Assembly: GCA_036172245.1 (NCBI GenBank)
Contig: JAYWIR010000037.1
Span: 1,302,001-1,366,000, forward strand
Reading direction: 5' to 3'
DNA length: 64,000 nt
Source: Raillietiella orientalis
Lineage: Eukaryota
A program made the translations under genes and the position numbers. Shown here one piece after another: positions 63,841 through 64,000 of the stretch. Under the pieces are notes generated by a model. It was not told the origin of the DNA. It ran no database searches and was given only the letters and a program-made list of their open reading frames with translations. Position 1 is the stretch's first letter. Every line of letters starts with the position of its first letter.

Positions 63841-64000
63841 CCTCCAGGACCGAGCGCTCCTGACAGTCGTCCAGCAGGCTGGACGACCCGGATTATCAAG
63901 CTTGCCGCGTGGCTCCGGCTCTGTACTCTGCTAGTCGGCGGATGATCGGTGTTCGGATGTAAGCAGCTTGGTTTATCACCCGGTCACGTCGGGAATTTTA

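Noticed and set aside
1..64000. CRISPR array, tRNA/rRNA genes or an intact prokaryotic defence system
   Set aside because: I saw no regularly spaced repeats, cloverleafs, rRNA motifs or intact multi-gene bacterial operons. The RT motifs belong to eukaryotic LINE and LTR elements, not to retrons, DGRs or group II introns.

Overview
The window has two very different parts. Bases 1 to ~4100 are very AT-rich (roughly 20-25% GC by eye) and hold a decayed siphophage tail module on the + strand: a Gp15-like tail chaperone, tape measure, distal tail (Dit) and the start of the next tail gene. These genes read through only if TGA = Trp (genetic code 4), which points to a Mollicute source such as Spiroplasma, Mycoplasma or Entomoplasma. 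A small inverted two-gene cassette sits at the start of the tape measure gene. From ~4100 to 64000 the sequence is ~40-50% GC, with no host gene I can recognise. It is packed with heavily degenerate eukaryotic transposon relics: many L1/Tx1-like LINE pieces, Ty1/copia, Ty3/gypsy, BEL/Pao, and probable piggyBac, Tc1, pogo and hAT fragments. BEL/Pao points to an animal host. The best reading is a bacterial-symbiont prophage fragment integrated into an animal TE graveyard, though a chimeric assembly cannot be excluded. The LINE family has a covarying 3'-UTR hairpin and a head-to-head composite layout that occurs twice. All family calls come from motif recognition by eye, and TE boundaries are approximate (about +/-100-300 bp).
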